From positions 14,803 to 78,802 of the forward strand of contig CANJBY010000006.1 in NCBI GenBank assembly GCA_947472735.1: a DNA stretch of 64,000 nt. Reading direction: 5' to 3'. The notes below the pieces were generated by a model. It did no database searches. It had not been told where the DNA came from and saw nothing but the letters and a program-made list of their open reading frames with translations. The first letter of the stretch is position 1, and each line of letters opens with the position of its first letter. The stretch is from Sphingomonadaceae bacterium. GTDB lineage: Bacteria; Pseudomonadota; Alphaproteobacteria; Sphingomonadales; Sphingomonadaceae. Shown piece by piece: positions 22,886 to 32,882 of the stretch. The position numbers were made by a program, and so were the translations under genes.

Positions 22886-25465
22886 TTACTCGGCCTTCTT
22901 CGCCGCGACCTTCTTCGCCGCAGGCTTCTTCGCGGCAGCCTTCTTGGGCGCGGCCTTCTTCGGAGCCGCTTTCTTCTTGATCGGAGCTTTCTTCTTGCCC
23001 TTGGCCGGCCCCTTCGCCGCACGCTCGGTGATCAGGATGACCGCCTCTTCCTCGGTCAGCTCCTCGGGCTTCTTGTCACGCGGGAGAGTGGCGTTGGTCG
23101 TGCCGTCAGTGACGTAAGCGCCATAGCGCCCGGCCATCAGCTTCATCTCGCCGCCGGATTCCGGGTGCGCACCGAACGTCTTGAGCGGCTCTACCGGCTT
23201 GCGCTCCCCGCGTCCGTTGCCGTTGGCGGCGTCCGCCAGTTTGGACACGGCCGCGTTCATACCGGTCTCGAATACCTCGGCCGTCGAGCGCAGCTTCGCA
23301 TACTTCCCATTGTGCGCAAGGTACGGACCATAGCGGCCGATGCTGGCGGTGATGGCCTCACCCGTCTCGGGGTGCGGGCCGATGGCCCGTGGCAGATCGA
23401 GCAGTTTCACTGCCCAATCCAGCGTCAGCTCACCGATGTCCTTGGGGATCGAGGCGCGTTTGGCTTCCTTGCCCTCGCCCAGTTGGACGTAAGGCCCGAA
23501 CCGGCCGGTCTTGCGGGTGATCGGCTCACCGGTCTCGGGATGCTTGCCCAGCTCGCCGTCCTCAGCGCCGGCACCGTTGCCGCCGGGCTGCGCGAACTTG
23601 CGGGTGTATTTGCACTCTGGATAGTTCGAACAGGCTACGAAGGCGCCATAGCGCCCGCCGCGCAAGGAGAGCCTCCCGGCCGCGCATTGCGGACAGCGGC
23701 GCGGATCATGTCCGTCTTCGGTCGGCGGGAACAGATAATCAGACAGAAACTCGTCCAGCGCCTCGGTCACTTCCGAGGGCTTGCGCTCCATCACTTCGTC
23801 GGACTTGGGCTTGAAGTCCTTCCAGAACTTCGCCAGCAGGGTTTTCCAGTTCTCCCGCCCGTCGGAGACGATGTCTAGTTCGTCTTCCATCTCGGCGGTG
23901 AAGTCATAGCCGACGTAGCGGGGAAAGAACCGTTCCAGAAACGCCGTGAGAAGCCGCCCGGACTCCTCTGCAAAGAAACGGTTCTTTTCCGTACGAACGT
24001 AGTTTCGATCCTTGATGACCTGGATCGTCGCGGCATAAGTCGAAGGGCGACCGATGCCCAGTTCCTCAAGCCGCTTGACGAGGGTTGCCTCGGAATAGCG
24101 CGGCAGTGGCTGGGTGAAGTGCTGGCTTGCATCGACCCCAAGCTTCGCCGGGGTATCACCAGTGTTGAGCGCCGGCAGCAGGCTGCTGTCTTCCTCGTCA
24201 TCGCCCGGCTTCTGGTCCAGCGTCTCGTCATAGACCGACAGGAAGCCCGGGAACTTCACGACCTGGCCGTTGGTCCGCAGCTCATGCTTTCCGGTAGCAT
24301 CCCGCAAGGTGACCGTCGTCCGCTCGATCAGCGCCGAGGCCATCTGGCTGGCGATGGCGCGTTTCCATACGAGCTCGTAAAGCCGGGCCTCGTCGCCGCT
24401 GCCATAGCGATCCTGGCTGAATTCCGTCGGGCGGATGGCCTCGTGGGCTTCCTGAGCGTTCTTGGCCTTGGTTTCGTAGTGGCGGGGCTTCTCGGGGAGA
24501 TAGTGCCCATTGTTGTAGCGATCCGAAATCGCCTTGCGCGCCGCGGAGATGGCGCTCGGGTCCATCTGCACACCGTCGGTACGCATGTAGGTGATCGCAC
24601 CAGCCTCGTAGAGGTTCTGCGCCACGCGCATGGTGTGGCCGGCCGAGAAGCCGAGCTTGCGCGCCGCTTCCATCTGCAGGGTCGAGGTGGTAAACGGCGG
24701 ATAAGGGTTGCGCCGGGTCGGACGAGTATCGACGTCCTCGACGCGGAATGTCGCACTTTCCACCGCAGCCTTGGCCCGGTCGGCACTGCCATTGTCGCCC
24801 AGCGAGAGCTTTTCCAGCTTCTCGCCGTCGAACTTCACCAGCCGTGCGACAAATTGCGTGCCCAGATGCTCAAGCCGAGCGATGACCGACCAGTACTCCT
24901 GAGGCCGGAAGACCTCGATCTCGCGCTCGCGCTCGCAGATCAGACGCAGGGCGACCGATTGCACGCGCCCCGCACTCTTCGCGCCCGGCAACTTGCGCCA
25001 CAGTACCGGTGAGAGCGTGAACCCGAACAGATAATCCAGCGCACGACGGGCGAGATAGGCATCGATCAGATCCTGATCGAGCTCGCGCGGGTGCAGCATC
25101 GCCTCCGTCACGGTCTGCTTGGTGATCGCGTTAAACGTGACGCGCTGCACGTCCTTGGGCAGCGCCTTGCGCTTGGCCAGCAGTTCGCGCACGTGCCAGC
25201 TGATCGCCTCGCCCTCGCGGTCAGGGTCGGTGGCGAGGATCAGTCGGTCGGCCGTCTTGGCCGCATCGGTGATGGCCTTCACCTGGCGCGCCTTGTCGCC
25301 ATAGAGTTCCCAGTCCATCGCGAATTCTTCGTCCGGGCGTACCGAGCCGTCCTTCGGCGGCAGGTCACGGACGTGTCCGTAAGAGGCGAGGACCTTGTAG
25401 TCCTTGCCGAGGTACTTCTCGATGGTCTTGGCCTTGGCCGGTGATTCTACGATGACTAGCTGCAT
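22886..25465 (-). CDS. topA: DNA topoisomerase I
   Basis: ORF of 859 aa with the Toprim N-terminus MQLVIVESPAKAKTIEKYLG and the active-site region ITYMRTDG. It has a zinc-ribbon CPQC...CSNYPEC and a Lys/Ala-rich C-terminal tail. Confidence 0.95.
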   Translation of the reverse strand: MQLVIVESPAKAKTIEKYLGKDYKVLASYGHVRDLPPKDGSVRPDEEFAMDWELYGDKARQVKAITDAAKTADRLILATDPDREGEAISWHVRELLAKRKALPKDVQRVTFNAITKQTVTEAMLHPRELDQDLIDAYLARRALDYLFGFTLSPVLWRKLPGAKSAGRVQSVALRLICEREREIEVFRPQEYWSVIARLEHLGTQFVARLVKFDGEKLEKLSLGDNGSADRAKAAVESATFRVEDVDTRPTRRNPYPPFTTSTLQMEAARKLGFSAGHTMRVAQNLYEAGAITYMRTDGVQMDPSAISAARKAISDRYNNGHYLPEKPRHYETKAKNAQEAHEAIRPTEFSQDRYGSGDEARLYELVWKRAIASQMASALIERTTVTLRDATGKHELRTNGQVVKFPGFLSVYDETLDQKPGDDEEDSSLLPALNTGDTPAKLGVDASQHFTQPLPRYSEATLVKRLEELGIGRPSTYAATIQVIKDRNYVRTEKNRFFAEESGRLLTAFLERFFPRYVGYDFTAEMEDELDIVSDGRENWKTLLAKFWKDFKPKSDEVMERKPSEVTEALDEFLSDYLFPPTEDGHDPRRCPQCAAGRLSLRGGRYGAFVACSNYPECKYTRKFAQPGGNGAGAEDGELGKHPETGEPITRKTGRFGPYVQLGEGKEAKRASIPKDIGELTLDWAVKLLDLPRAIGPHPETGEAITASIGRYGPYLAHNGKYAKLRSTAEVFETGMNAAVSKLADAANGNGRGERKPVEPLKTFGAHPESGGEMKLMAGRYGAYVTDGTTNATLPRDKKPEELTEEEAVILITERAAKGPAKGKKKAPIKKKAAPKKAAPKKAAAKKPAAKKVAAKKAE

Positions 25466-25530
25466 GGACCCGAAAAGCTTTCCTTACGCGTATACGTACG
25501 CGCGAGGGTGGCGGCCTAGCGAAGGTTGCG

Positions 25531-26625
25531 TCAAGTGGCTAGCGAAACCCGCCCGCCAGCGTGCCGAACCAGCCGTCCGGCTAGCTCCAGTTCGAGCAGC
25601 GCGAACTGCACTGCCGGAGCGGGTTCGCCAGACTGGCGGATCAGTTCGTTCACGCCAACCGGAGCCAGCGTGAGCAGGCCGGCGATGTCGGCTGGATCGT
25701 CAGCAAGGTCTTCAGGGCCGGACCATTGTGCCGCCGGCTCACGGAAGGTCGATTTCGGCGTGCCATCAAAGCTGCTGAGCAATTCGATCACATCCGCGGC
25801 CGATTGCACCAGCACCGCGCCTTCGCGGATCAGCAGGTTGCAACCTTGTGCGCGTGGTTCGAGCGGCGAGCCGGGGACGGCCATGACCTCGCGCCCGTAC
25901 TCCCCGGCCAGCCGCGCGGTGATGAGTGAGCCGCTTTTCGGGGCCGCCTCGACCACCAGCGTACCCAAGGCGAGCCCGGCGATGATCCGGTTGCGCGAGG
26001 GGAAGTGTCGCGCGAGCGGTTCGGTACCCGGAGGCTGTTCGGCCAGCAGCAGACCGCGAGTGGCGACCTCCTCTTGCAGCGCTGAGTGTTCGGGCGGGTA
26101 AGCGATGTCGATCCCGCTGGCGATGACCCCAATGGTCCCGCCAGGGCCGCCGAGCACAGCGCCGTGCGCTGCCCCATCGATACCCCGGGCAAGACCTGAA
26201 GCGACTGCGAAGCCCGCCTCGGACAGGCTGGCAGCGAATTGCCGGGCGAGTTTCACCGCGGCCGCCGAGGCATTGCGCGCGCCCACGATGGCGACGCAGG
26301 GCCGCGCGGCGATCGCGCTGTCTCCCCGAGCGGTCAGGATCGGCGGCGCGCCTTCGGACTGGAGCAGCAGCGGGGGATAATCGGGCGAATCGTGGAACAG
26401 ATACCGCGCACCGGTACGCTTTACCGCCGCGATTTCGTCCGACACGCGGGACTCCGTTGCGGGACGATAAGGCGCCCCGCCCCGCCCGGCGAGATCGGGC
26501 AGTGCCGCCAATGCCGCTTCGGCCGTGCTGAAGCGCGCCAGCAGCTGGCGGTAACTTACCGGGCCGATATTGGGAGAACGCAGCAGACGGATCCGGGCAA
26601 AAGCCTCTGCTTGCGACAGGCTCAC
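25531..26625 (-). CDS. dprA: DNA-processing protein DprA
   Basis: Within ORF 25531..26982. I chose the GTG start (VSLSQAEAFARIRLLRSPNIGPVSY), which overlaps the plsY stop (GTGA). The DprA Rossmann block is GLARGIDGAAH. Length is about 364 aa. Confidence 0.85.
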   Translation of the reverse strand: MSLSQAEAFARIRLLRSPNIGPVSYRQLLARFSTAEAALAALPDLAGRGGAPYRPATESRVSDEIAAVKRTGARYLFHDSPDYPPLLLQSEGAPPILTARGDSAIAARPCVAIVGARNASAAAVKLARQFAASLSEAGFAVASGLARGIDGAAHGAVLGGPGGTIGVIASGIDIAYPPEHSALQEEVATRGLLLAEQPPGTEPLARHFPSRNRIIAGLALGTLVVEAAPKSGSLITARLAGEYGREVMAVPGSPLEPRAQGCNLLIREGAVLVQSAADVIELLSSFDGTPKSTFREPAAQWSGPEDLADDPADIAGLLTLAPVGVNELIRQSGEPAPAVQFALLELELAGRLVRHAGGRVSLAT

Positions 26626-27203
26626 GATTTGCTGCCGACCCTGGGCTCCGTCCCTGCGCGCAGGCGGGCAATGTTGGCGCGGTGCTGGAAGACTACGATC
26701 GCAGCAATGACCAGCATGATCGGCACCATTGCCGTGAACCCGAACATCAAGGCGATTACCGGCGCGGCAATGATGGCCGCGAGCGATGACACCGACGAAA
26801 TGCGCGACAAGGCCAGCACCGCAGCCCAGATCGCCGCGCAAACCAGCATCACCTTGAGCGAAAGCGCCAGACACACACCTGCGGCCGTGGCGAAGCCCTT
26901 GCCCCCGTTGAACCGCAGCCAGATCGGGAAACAGTGCCCGATAATCGCACCTATCGCGGCAATGCCCTCTGTACCCGGCCAAAGGCGCGCCGCCAGCAAC
27001 ACGGCGAGCACGCCCTTGCCTGCGTCGAGCAGCACCGTGGCCGCCGCGAGTCCCTTGCGTCCGGTACGCAGCACGTTGGTCGCCCCGATGCTGCCGGAAC
27101 CGATTTCGCGCAGATCACCCGCCCCGGCGAGCCTGGTCAGGATCAGGCCGAACGGCACCGAGCCGAGCAGGTAGCCGAGGGCGAAAGGTTGGAACAAATC
27201 CAT
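26622..27203 (-). CDS. plsY: glycerol-3-phosphate acyltransferase PlsY
   Basis: Starts at MDLFQPFALGYLLGSVPFG within ORF 26622..27248. It has the motif GSGSIGATNVLRTG and multiple TM helices. Confidence 0.9.
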   Translation of the reverse strand: MDLFQPFALGYLLGSVPFGLILTRLAGAGDLREIGSGSIGATNVLRTGRKGLAAATVLLDAGKGVLAVLLAARLWPGTEGIAAIGAIIGHCFPIWLRFNGGKGFATAAGVCLALSLKVMLVCAAIWAAVLALSRISSVSSLAAIIAAPVIALMFGFTAMVPIMLVIAAIVVFQHRANIARLRAGTEPRVGSKS

Positions 27204-27286
27204 GCCACATGCTTTAGCGCCTATTCCCCCGCAGTTTGAAGAGCGCATCTTCCCTTTTTTGCATCCGGTTCGGTAGAAGCGGACTC

Positions 27287-28096
27287 ATGGACTCTACCGT
27301 CGATCCCGCCGCGCCAATCCTTTTGTTCGATTCCGGGGTCGGTGGACTGTCAGTGCTGGCCGAAGTGCGCAAGGCGCTGCCCGCGGCCCCGGTGATCTAC
27401 GTGGCCGACAACGCGGGCCTGCCTTATGGCTCCAAGACCGAGGCACAGATTGCGGCGCGAGTGTGCGGGCTGCTCGGCCGGCTGGCGGAGCGGTATGCTC
27501 CACGCTTGATCTGCATCGCGTGCAACACCGCCTCGACCATCGCACTGGGCATGGTGCGCGATGTGCTGCACGTGCCGGTGGTGGGTACCGTTCCCGCCAT
27601 CAAGCCCGCGGCAGCACTGACCAGAACCGGCACCATCGGCCTGCTAGGGACCCAGGCGACAATCCGGCAAGCCTATGTCGACCAGCTCGAGGCAGAGTTT
27701 GCACAGGGCAAGCGCCTGCTGCGCTTCGGTGCGCCCGAACTGGTCGCGGCCGCGGAGGCCAAGCTGCGCGGGCAGCCTGTCGATCCCGAGGTCTACCGCC
27801 GCGCCGCGCGGGGGTTGCGCGATCAGCCTGGCGGTGATGATATCGACACGGTGGTTCTGGCCTGCACGCATTTTCCGCTGCTGGCTGACGAGCTGGCAGA
27901 AGTGTTCGGGCCTGGGGTCTCCTTCGTCGACGGGGCGGCAGGGATTGCCCGGCGCATCGCCTTTCTTACCCAGGGGCAGGACTTCCTCCGCCGCGAGCCT
28001 GATCTTGCGCTGTTCACCCGCGACGGCGAAACGCTTGAGACCCTGCGGCCGGCGCTGGCGGCGGCGGGACTGGAACGGACCGGCGTTCTCGACTAA
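27287..28096 (+). CDS. murI: glutamate racemase
   Basis: Starts at MDSTVDPAAPILLFDSGVGGLSV within ORF 27236..28096. The catalytic Cys motifs CNTAS and ACTHFP are present. Confidence 0.9.
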   Translation: MDSTVDPAAPILLFDSGVGGLSVLAEVRKALPAAPVIYVADNAGLPYGSKTEAQIAARVCGLLGRLAERYAPRLICIACNTASTIALGMVRDVLHVPVVGTVPAIKPAAALTRTGTIGLLGTQATIRQAYVDQLEAEFAQGKRLLRFGAPELVAAAEAKLRGQPVDPEVYRRAARGLRDQPGGDDIDTVVLACTHFPLLADELAEVFGPGVSFVDGAAGIARRIAFLTQGQDFLRREPDLALFTRDGETLETLRPALAAAGLERTGVLD

Positions 28097-28107
28097 TCCG
28101 GCGCGGC

Positions 28108-29250
28108 ATGACCGCCAACATCGACCCTTTCCGCGCCATTTCCGTCAGCCGGCTGGCCCACGCCTTGAAAGCCGCGGGCAGATCGGTAATCCACATGGAG
28201 TTCGGCCAGCCCTCCACCGGAGCGCCCGGCCCGGCCATCGCCCGCGCCCACGCGGTGCTTGATGCCGATCCGATGGGCTATTGGGAAAACCCGGAACTCA
28301 AGACCCGGATCGCCCGGCTCTATGCCGACCGTTACGGGGTGCCAGTCGATCCCGAACAGGTGGTCCTGACCTGCGGCGCCTCGCCCGCGCTGGTCATGGC
28401 GCTGAGCATGAGCTTCGCACCGGGCGCCCGGGTCGCAATCGCCAGGCCCGGCTACGTCGCCTATCGCAACACCTTGCGCGCACTGCATATCGAGCCGGTG
28501 GAACTGCCCTGCGGCGAGGCCGAGGGTTTCATGCTCACCGCCGCCGCGCTAGCCGCGCTGGACCCGGCGCCCGACGGAGTAATCATTGCCAGCCCAGCCA
28601 ATCCCACCGGTACTATCACGCCGCGGGCGGAGCTGGAAAAGATCGCGACCGTTTGCCGTGCGCGCGGGATCGCGGTGATCTCGGACGAGATTTACCACGG
28701 CATTTCCTACGGCCTCGAAACGCCATCGATGCTGGAAGTCCTTCCCGAGGCGCTGATCGTCAACAGCTTCTCCAAGTATTTCAGCATGGCCGGCTGGCGG
28801 CTCGGCTGGTTGGTCGTGCCGCAAAATGGAATTGAGGCGGCGCGGGCGCGGATGGGCAATCTGTTCCTTACCCCGCCCAGCCTGGCTCAGCACGCCGGAC
28901 TGGTAGCCATGGACTGCCGCGACGAACTGGAAGGCCACATCGCGACTTATACCCGCAATCGCGAACTGCTCCTGGCTGCGCTTCCAGAGATGGGGCTGGA
29001 GCGGATCGCCCCGCCCGACGGTGCCTTCTACATATACGCTGACATTTCGCAGTTTACCGATGACAGCGAGGAATTTTGCCGCCAGCTGGTGCAGGACACG
29101 GGCATTGCTACCGCACCGGGAGTCGATTTCGATCCGCTCGAGGGGCACCGCTACATGCGCTTCAGCTTTGCGGTCTCGACGCCGGAGGTGGCGGAAGCGG
29201 TGGCGCGAATGCGGCCGTGGTTTGCGGCGCGCAATCGCAGATCGGGCTAG
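28108..29250 (+). CDS. pyridoxal phosphate-dependent aminotransferase (class I/II)
   Basis: ORF of 380 aa with the PLP-lysine block [16 protein letters not shown] and ASPANPTG. Confidence 0.85.
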   Translation: MTANIDPFRAISVSRLAHALKAAGRSVIHMEFGQPSTGAPGPAIARAHAVLDADPMGYWENPELKTRIARLYADRYGVPVDPEQVVLTCGASPALVMALSMSFAPGARVAIARPGYVAYRNTLRALHIEPVELPCGEAEGFMLTAAALAALDPAPDGVIIASPANPTGTITPRAELEKIATVCRARGIAVISDEIYHGISYGLETPSMLEVLPEALIVNSFSKYFSMAGWRLGWLVVPQNGIEAARARMGNLFLTPPSLAQHAGLVAMDCRDELEGHIATYTRNRELLLAALPEMGLERIAPPDGAFYIYADISQFTDDSEEFCRQLVQDTGIATAPGVDFDPLEGHRYMRFSFAVSTPEVAEAVARMRPWFAARNRRSG

Positions 29251-31166
29251 ATCTCGACCTGGCTGCCCAATTCCACCACGCGATTGGTTGGCAGGCGGAA
29301 GAATTCCATTGCGCTGGCCGCGTTGCGCAACATCCAAGAAAACAGCCGTTCCCGCCACAGCGCCATACCGGGCTTCGATGAAGCGATCAGCGTCTGGCGC
29401 GAGAGGAAGAAGCTGGTCTTCATCATCTCGAACGGCCCGCCGCAGATATCTACTTTTTTCAAGGTCGCCGGCACGTCGGTCTCTTCCAGGAACCCGAAGC
29501 GCAGGGTCAGGCGGTAGAAGCCGTTGCTCATGTCCTTGAAGCTGAAGCGCTCACCCTCGTCGACATAGGGCACGTCTTGGATCGCGATGGTGAGGATCAC
29601 CACGCGTTCGTGCAGCACCTTGTTGTGCTTGATGTTGTGGAGCAGCGCGGAAGGCACTCCGGCATTGGTCGAGGCCATGAACACCGCCGTGCCGGGGACA
29701 CGCGCCGCGCTGGAATGTGCGCTTTTGGCGAAAACTTCGATCGGAATCGTACCTTCGGCCATGTTCTGACGCATCAGCGCACGGCCGCGCGACCATGTGG
29801 TGAGCAAAGTGAAGATCGCCAACCCCATTACCAGTGGCACCCACCCGCCGTCAGGGATCTTGGTGAAGTTGGCGAGGAGATAGGCGCCGTCGAGCAGGAA
29901 GAACGCCGCCAGCAGCGGCAGCGACAGCCAGGGCTTCCACTTCCACATGTGGAACAGCACGACCGCCAGCAGGAAGTTGTCGATCAGCATCGCGCCGGTC
30001 ACGGCGATACCATAGGCGGCGGTCAGGTTGGACGAATGCTGGAACACCAGCACCAGCAGGATCACCGCAACCATCAGCCCCCAGTTGAGCACCGGGATGT
30101 AGATCTGCCCGGCGGCAAGGCTGGTGTGCTTGATCGTCATGCGCGGGATAAAGCCGAGCTGGATCGCCTGCTGTGTTACCGAAAACGCCCCGGAGATCAC
30201 GGCTTGCGAAGCGATTACGGCGGCCATGCTGGCGATGATCAGCAGCGGCCACTGGAACCACTCCGGTGCAAGGAAATAGAACGGGCTTTGCAGTGCCGCC
30301 GGATCGCGCAACAACAGCGAAGCCTGGCCGAGATAGTTCAGCACCAGGGCGGGCAACACGAAGACGAGCCACGACACCCGGATCGGCGGCCGCCCGAAAT
30401 GGCCCATGTCAGCGTAAAGGGCTTCGGCCCCCGTCACGGCCAGAACCGCCGAACCCATCGCAAGGAAGCCCTTGAGAGGGTCGTTGATGAACAACGTTGC
30501 CGCGTGGTGCGGACTGAGTGCCTGGATTACCGAGGGCATCTCGATGATGCTGATCGTACCCAGCACCGCGATCACCGCGAAATAGACCAGCATGACCGGC
30601 CCGAACAGCGTCGCCACCTTCGCAGTGCCGCGGCTCTGAATGAAGAACAGACCGATCAGGATGGCGATGACCAGGGGTACGACCAGACGGCCCAGCCCCG
30701 GCTGGTATACCGCAAGCCCCTCGATCGCGCCCATCACGGAAACCGCCGGCGTGATCATGCTGTCGCCGTAGAACAGCGAGGTCGCGAAGACGCCGAGCAA
30801 GACAATCCCGCCGGTCCAGCTTTTTCCGGAGATGTTCTGGTTGATCAGCGCCAGCAGCGCCAGGCTCCCGCCCTCGCCCTTGTTGTCGGCCCGCATGATC
30901 ACCGTAACGTATTTCACCGTCACGATCATCATCATTGACCAGAACATCAGACTGACGATGCCGTAAACGTGCAGAAGGTCGAGCGGCAGGGGATGATGCC
31001 CGGCGAAAGTGTCGCGCATGGCATAGAGCGGGCTGGTACCGATATCGCCGAAAACGACGCCGATCGCGCCCACGGCGAGCTTCATCACTCCCCCGCCCTG
31101 GTGGCCCGGTTGACCGTGACTATTGTTGGAAGAAGTACCGGCGTCCTGATCGACCGCACTGCTCAT
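29247..31166 (-). CDS. kup: potassium transporter Kup
   Basis: ORF of 639 aa with the N-terminal [13 protein letters not shown] motif, about 12 TM helices and a cytoplasmic C-terminal domain. Confidence 0.95.
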   Translation of the reverse strand: MSSAVDQDAGTSSNNSHGQPGHQGGGVMKLAVGAIGVVFGDIGTSPLYAMRDTFAGHHPLPLDLLHVYGIVSLMFWSMMMIVTVKYVTVIMRADNKGEGGSLALLALINQNISGKSWTGGIVLLGVFATSLFYGDSMITPAVSVMGAIEGLAVYQPGLGRLVVPLVIAILIGLFFIQSRGTAKVATLFGPVMLVYFAVIAVLGTISIIEMPSVIQALSPHHAATLFINDPLKGFLAMGSAVLAVTGAEALYADMGHFGRPPIRVSWLVFVLPALVLNYLGQASLLLRDPAALQSPFYFLAPEWFQWPLLIIASMAAVIASQAVISGAFSVTQQAIQLGFIPRMTIKHTSLAAGQIYIPVLNWGLMVAVILLVLVFQHSSNLTAAYGIAVTGAMLIDNFLLAVVLFHMWKWKPWLSLPLLAAFFLLDGAYLLANFTKIPDGGWVPLVMGLAIFTLLTTWSRGRALMRQNMAEGTIPIEVFAKSAHSSAARVPGTAVFMASTNAGVPSALLHNIKHNKVLHERVVILTIAIQDVPYVDEGERFSFKDMSNGFYRLTLRFGFLEETDVPATLKKVDICGGPFEMMKTSFFLSRQTLIASSKPGMALWRERLFSWMLRNAASAMEFFRLPTNRVVELGSQVEI

Positions 31167-31261
31167 AGCTGCGTCCCTGTATCACGCATGCCAACGTTCA
31201 TTCCGGGCACGGAGATGGAAGGCGGCGGCGCTTAGCACCATGCCGAACCGTCCGCAATGAG

Positions 31262-31915
31262 TCACTGTCCGGGCGGCTTTGCGCCTGGAGCTTGCCCCGC
31301 TATCATTGCATCAAGCTGGGACAATCGCTCCTCCAGATCCTTGCGCCACGGCGCGGCAGGCGGCGTCCGCTTGAGCAGGTCGGCCCAGAGCGCCCGGCCC
31401 TGCTCCAGCTGCCCGGACTGCGCCAGGGCCAATCCCAGGAAGAACGGCGGGCCCGGATGGTCCGGCTGGGCATCTGCGGCCCGCTGGTAGGCGAATATGG
31501 CGCTCGGCGAGACATTGCCCTCGGCATGACCGACCAGCGCATTGCCCAAAGCGAGCCAGGCGTCGGCGTTCTTCGGTTCCTTTTCGATCGCGCCGCGCAG
31601 CACCGTTGCGGCGTTGGCGAACTGCCCGTTGCGCATCATCCCGTCCGCGATGACCTGCCAGGAGTTGCCGATGTCCGCCGGGTTGCCAGACATCCTCTGC
31701 CGCTCAGCCACTTTTGAGGCCGCATTAAGGCTGATGCGCTCCAGCGGCTCCTTGGGCGCGCCGGGCTGTTTCGGGCTGCCTTGCAGCACATAACCGGCAA
31801 GCCCCAGCAGCAGCGCCGCTCCGATCGCTTCCCATCCTGATCGCGGTGCCTTGAGCGCGAAGGCCAGGACCGCGAAGACCAGACTGGCAAGAATGATGAC
31901 CGGAAGCCAGCTCAT
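31262..31915 (-). CDS. ccmI: cytochrome c-type biogenesis protein CcmI (CycH), TPR-containing
   Basis: Starts at MSWLPVIILASLVFAVLAF within ORF 31262..32062. It has two TM helices followed by TPR-like repeats. Its ATG overlaps the ccmH stop (ATGA). Confidence 0.75.
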   Translation of the reverse strand: MSWLPVIILASLVFAVLAFALKAPRSGWEAIGAALLLGLAGYVLQGSPKQPGAPKEPLERISLNAASKVAERQRMSGNPADIGNSWQVIADGMMRNGQFANAATVLRGAIEKEPKNADAWLALGNALVGHAEGNVSPSAIFAYQRAADAQPDHPGPPFFLGLALAQSGQLEQGRALWADLLKRTPPAAPWRKDLEERLSQLDAMIAGQAPGAKPPGQ

Positions 31916-32334
31916 GACAATTTCTCCGGCGCGGCAAAGCGGCGGCGCAGCAGCAGGAAGGCCAGCACCAGGATCGCCAGCGGCAGTACGAACAGCGGCC
32001 AGGTAGAGGCGGTTATGCGCGGCGCATAGCTGACATAGTCGCCATAGCGCTCGATCAGCCACTGGCGGATTGCCTCAGGCTCTTCCCCGGCGGCTATCCG
32101 CTGGCGGACCTGATTGCGCATGTCGCCGGCCATCGGCGCGTCCGAATCGGCGATCGACTGACCCTGGCAGACCAGGCAGCGGAGCGTCTCCATCAGCGCC
32201 TGGGCCTTCTGCTCCTGCACCGGGTTATCAAGCTGGCGATAGGCATAGGGTGCCGGCGGCAGGCGATCATCGGCCTGCAGCGGCGCAGCAAGTGCCCCAA
32301 GGGCGAGCAGCAATAAGGAAAGCAGCCGGATCAT
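31912..32334 (-). CDS. ccmH: cytochrome c-type biogenesis protein CcmH (CycL)
   Basis: ORF of 140 aa with a signal peptide and the LRCLVCQGQSIADS (CXXC) motif. Confidence 0.9.
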   Translation of the reverse strand: MIRLLSLLLLALGALAAPLQADDRLPPAPYAYRQLDNPVQEQKAQALMETLRCLVCQGQSIADSDAPMAGDMRNQVRQRIAAGEEPEAIRQWLIERYGDYVSYAPRITASTWPLFVLPLAILVLAFLLLRRRFAAPEKLS

Positions 32335-32882
32335 TGCCCGGCCTCCTGCAACTTCTGGAGGATCATCGGGATCTGGTCCGCCCGGATATCGCCGATGTGC
32401 TGGTAGCGGATAGTCCCTTTGCCATCGATCACGAAGGTTTCCGGCACGCCCGACGATCCCATAGCGAGTTGCACCGCGCTGACGTCGTCGGCGCCGATCC
32501 GGGCGTAGGGATTGCCATAACGTGCCAGAAACGCCGCAAGGTCTTCCCGGTGGTCGCGGATAGCTATCCCGTCGATCTCCACTCCCAGCCGCGCCAGTTC
32601 ACCCAGTTGCGGAGCTTCCGCGGCACACGGGATGCACCACGAGGCAAAGATGTTGAGCAGGCGCGGCTTGCCGGTGGCCATGTTCGCCTGCGCCAGACCC
32701 GGCCGATCCGGCTGGGCTGCAGGCAGGTCGAAGGCCGGAAGCGGCTTGCCGATCATCGTGCTGGGAATGTCCCGGCTGGCCGGGCGCAACAATCCGTACA
32801 ACACCAACGCCACGAACAGGCCGAACACGGCCAGCGGCAGCCAAAGCGCCCAGCGCGAGGTCCGGGGAGCACCTTCGTTCAT
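32331..32882 (-). CDS. ccmG: thiol:disulfide oxidoreductase CcmG/DsbE
   Basis: Starts at MNEGAPRTSRWALWLPLAVF within ORF 32331..33032. It has the thioredoxin-fold motif FASWCIPC and the GVPETFVID block. Confidence 0.9.
   Translation of the reverse strand: MNEGAPRTSRWALWLPLAVFGLFVALVLYGLLRPASRDIPSTMIGKPLPAFDLPAAQPDRPGLAQANMATGKPRLLNIFASWCIPCAAEAPQLGELARLGVEIDGIAIRDHREDLAAFLARYGNPYARIGADDVSAVQLAMGSSGVPETFVIDGKGTIRYQHIGDIRADQIPMILQKLQEAGQ

Noticed and set aside
22886-23010. A tandem DNA repeat at the 3-prime end of topA as a non-coding VNTR or repeat element.
   Set aside because: It lies inside the topA frame and encodes the Lys/Ala-rich tail. It is treated as a coding low-complexity region.
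25531-26982. A 483-aa version of DprA.
   Set aside because: The first ~120 codons overlap plsY in another frame. A GTG at 26625 that overlaps the plsY stop gives a family-typical DprA of about 364 aa.
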